From: Lingula anatina
Taxonomy: Eukaryota > Animalia > Brachiopoda
Assembly (NCBI GenBank): GCA_051362555.1
Contig: JBPQGU010000014.1
Coordinates: forward strand, 1 to 11,774
DNA length: 11,774 bases
Direction: 5' to 3'
Shown: positions 9,501 through 11,774 of the stretch, piece by piece
How positions within the stretch are numbered: the stretch's first letter is position 1
How the letters are laid out: every line of letters starts with the position of its first letter
Made by a program: the position numbers and the translations under genes
Notes under the pieces: model-generated
Database searches by the model: none
The model's input: the letters and a program-made list of their open reading frames with translations, nothing else
What the model was told of the DNA's origin: nothing

Positions 9501-11774
9501 AGAAATAGAGCAAAAACTCTCTCTCCCCCCCCCCCTCTCAGATTCTGTTCTCAGAGCTTCTTTTTGGATCATCTTTAAAGCTAGAATTGGGGGCCTTGAT
9601 GAAGTGACCCGGGCGCGTTTCCACATTTTTTATGAATGACAGGTGTGGTAGATTGATTTTCCTCACTTTTTGGAAAAATCGGAGACGGGTCGATTTTTGG
9701 TGATTTTGAGTGATTTTGAACAGTGCCGGCACTGTGAGATTTCTTCAATTTTGGCCAGGTAGGGATGAAAATTTTTTTTTCTTCATTATAGTGTCAGGTA
9801 GGTGTGTTCGGTCATTTGTAGTAAGAATAAAGTGCTGGAAGAGTGGTGGTGTCAACATTAAGGAAGAAATAGAGCAAAAACTCTCTCTCCCCCCCCCCCC
9901 CTCTCAGATTCTGTTCTCAGAGCTTATTTTTGGATCATCTTTAAAGCTAGAATTGGGGGCCTTGATGAAGTGACCCGGGCGCGTTTCCACATTTTTTATG
10001 AATGACAGGTGTGGTAGATTGATTTTCCTCACTTTTTGGAAAAATCGGAGACGGGTCGATTTTTGGTGATTTTGAGTGATTTTGAACAGTGCCGGCACTG
10101 TGAGATTTCTTCAATTTTGGCCAGGTAGGGATGAAAATTTTTTTTCTTCATTATAGTGTCAGGTAGGTGTGTTCGGTCATTTGTAGTAAGAATAAAGTGC
10201 TGGAAGAGTGGTGGTGTCAACATTAAGGAAGAAATAGAGCAAAAACTCTCTCTCCCCCCCCCCCCCCCTCTCAGATTCTGTTCTCAGAGCTTATTTTTGG
10301 ATCATCTTTAAAGCTAGAATTGGGGGCCTTGATGAAGTGACCCGGGCGCGTTTCCACATTTTTTATGAATGACAGGTGTGGTAGATTGATTTTCCTCACT
10401 TTTTGGAAAAATCGGAGACGGGTCGATTTTTGGTGATTTTGAGTGATTTTGAACAGTGCCGGCACTGTGAGATTTCTTCAATTTTGGCCAGGTAGGGATG
10501 AAAATTTTTTTTCTTCATTATAGTGTCAGGTAGGTGTGTTCGGTCATTTGTAGTAAGAATAAAGTGCTGGAAGAGTGGTGGTGTCAACATTAAGGAAGAA
10601 ATAGAGCAAAAACTCTCTCTCCCCCCCCCCCCCTCTCAGATTCTGTTCTCAGAGCTTATTTTTGGATCATCTTTAAAGCTAGAATTGGGGGCCTTGATGA
10701 AGTGACCCGGGCGCGTTTCCACATTTTTTATGAATGACAGGTGTGGTAGATTGATTTTCCTCACTTTTTGGAAAAATCGGAGACGGGTCGATTTTTGGTG
10801 ATTTTGAGTGATTTTGAACAGTGCCGGCACTGTAAGATTTCTTCAATTTTGGCCAGGTAGGGATGAAAATTTTTTTTCTTCATTATAGTGTCAGGTAGGT
10901 GTGTTCGGTCATTTGTAGTAAGAATAAAGTGCTGGAAGAGTGGTGGTGTCAACATTAAGGAAGAAATAGAGCAAAAACTCTCTCTCCCCCCCCCCTCTCA
11001 GATTCTGTTCTCAGAGCTTATTTTTGGATCATCTTTAAAGCTAGAATTGGGGGCCTTGATGAAGTGACCCGGGCGCGTTTCCACATTTTTTATGAATGAC
11101 AGGTGTGGTAGATTGATTTTCCTCACTTTTTGGAAAAATCGGAGACGGGTCGATTTTTGGTGATTTTGAGTGATTTTGAACAGTGCCGGCACTGTGAGAT
11201 TTCTTCAATTTTGGCCAGGTAGGGATGAAAATTTTTTTTCTTCATTATAGTGTCAGGTAGGTGTGTTCGGTCATTTGTAGTAAGAATAAAGTGCTGGAAG
11301 AGTGGTGGTGTCAACATTAAGGAAGAAATAGAGCAAAAACTCTCTCTCCCCCCCCCCTCTCAGATTCTGTTCTCAGAGCTTATTTTTGGATCATCTTTAA
11401 AGCTAGAATTGGGGGCCTTGATGAAGTGACCCGGGCGCGTTTCCACATTTTTTATGAATGACAGGTGTGGTAGATTGATTTTCCTCACTTTTTGGAAAAA
11501 TCGGAGATGGGTCGATTTTTGGTGATTTTGAGTGATTTTGAACAGTGCCGGCACTGTGAGATTTCTTCAATTTTGGCCAGGTAGGGATGAAAATTTTTTT
11601 TCTTCATTATAGTGTCAGGTAGGTGTGTTCGGTCATTTGTAGTAAGAATAAAGTGCTGGAAGAGTGGTGGTGTCAACATTAAGGAAGAAATAGAGCAAAA
11701 ACTCTCTCTCCCCCCCCCCTCTCAGATTCTGTTCTCAGAGCTTATTTTTGGATCATCTTTAAAGCTAGAATTGG
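3567..11774. repeat. Satellite DNA: tandem array of a 362-367 bp monomer, 22 full copies plus about half a copy, running off the window end
   Basis: The monomer begins ttggccaggtagggatgaaa at 3567 and recurs at 3929 and onward. Spacings of the same ORF end (3910, 4272, 4637, 5002 ... 11192, 11554) are 362-367 bp. Length variation is almost all in one C10-C15 run, and only a handful of substitutions are seen across copies. Confidence 0.98.

Noticed and set aside
3716-11679. Dozens of repeated 60-109 aa ORFs (MPALFKITQ..., MLTPPLFQH..., MSGRCVRSF...) as a tandem gene family
   Set aside because: They overlap on both strands, change frame with C-run length and show no recognisable domain. They are expected by-products of a near-identical tandem repeat.
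3567-11774. CRISPR-like or repeat-spacer array
   Set aside because: The whole 364-bp unit is repeated, with no unique spacers and no cas genes, and the context is eukaryotic.

Overview
AT-rich eukaryotic repeat-derived DNA, probably from an invertebrate animal (inferred from splice signals, microsatellites and TE types). No intact gene is visible. Bases 1-3566 are a patchwork of decayed transposons and simple repeats: (i) a minus-strand, intron-containing DDE transposase pseudogene (three exons in 1-650, motifs DGRMDSP / EVVKDA / HSWDIWHGAK, most like Kolobok), (ii) an (AT)36 microsatellite, (iii) a frameshifted minus-strand DIRS/Ngaro-type reverse transcriptase fragment with YLDD (939-1340), (iv) a small GGCGGATCCAG-type element remnant and a perfect 12-bp hairpin. 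From 3567 to the window end is a very homogeneous head-to-tail satellite of about 22.5 copies of a 362-367 bp monomer. Nearly all ORFs after 3700 in the supplied track are by-products of this repeat. I cannot support a new biological system from sequence alone. The best leads are the satellite itself (its origin, possible Helentron/HINE host, internal palindromes and block-wise SNP pattern) and the spliced transposase fossil that the ORF track mostly misses.
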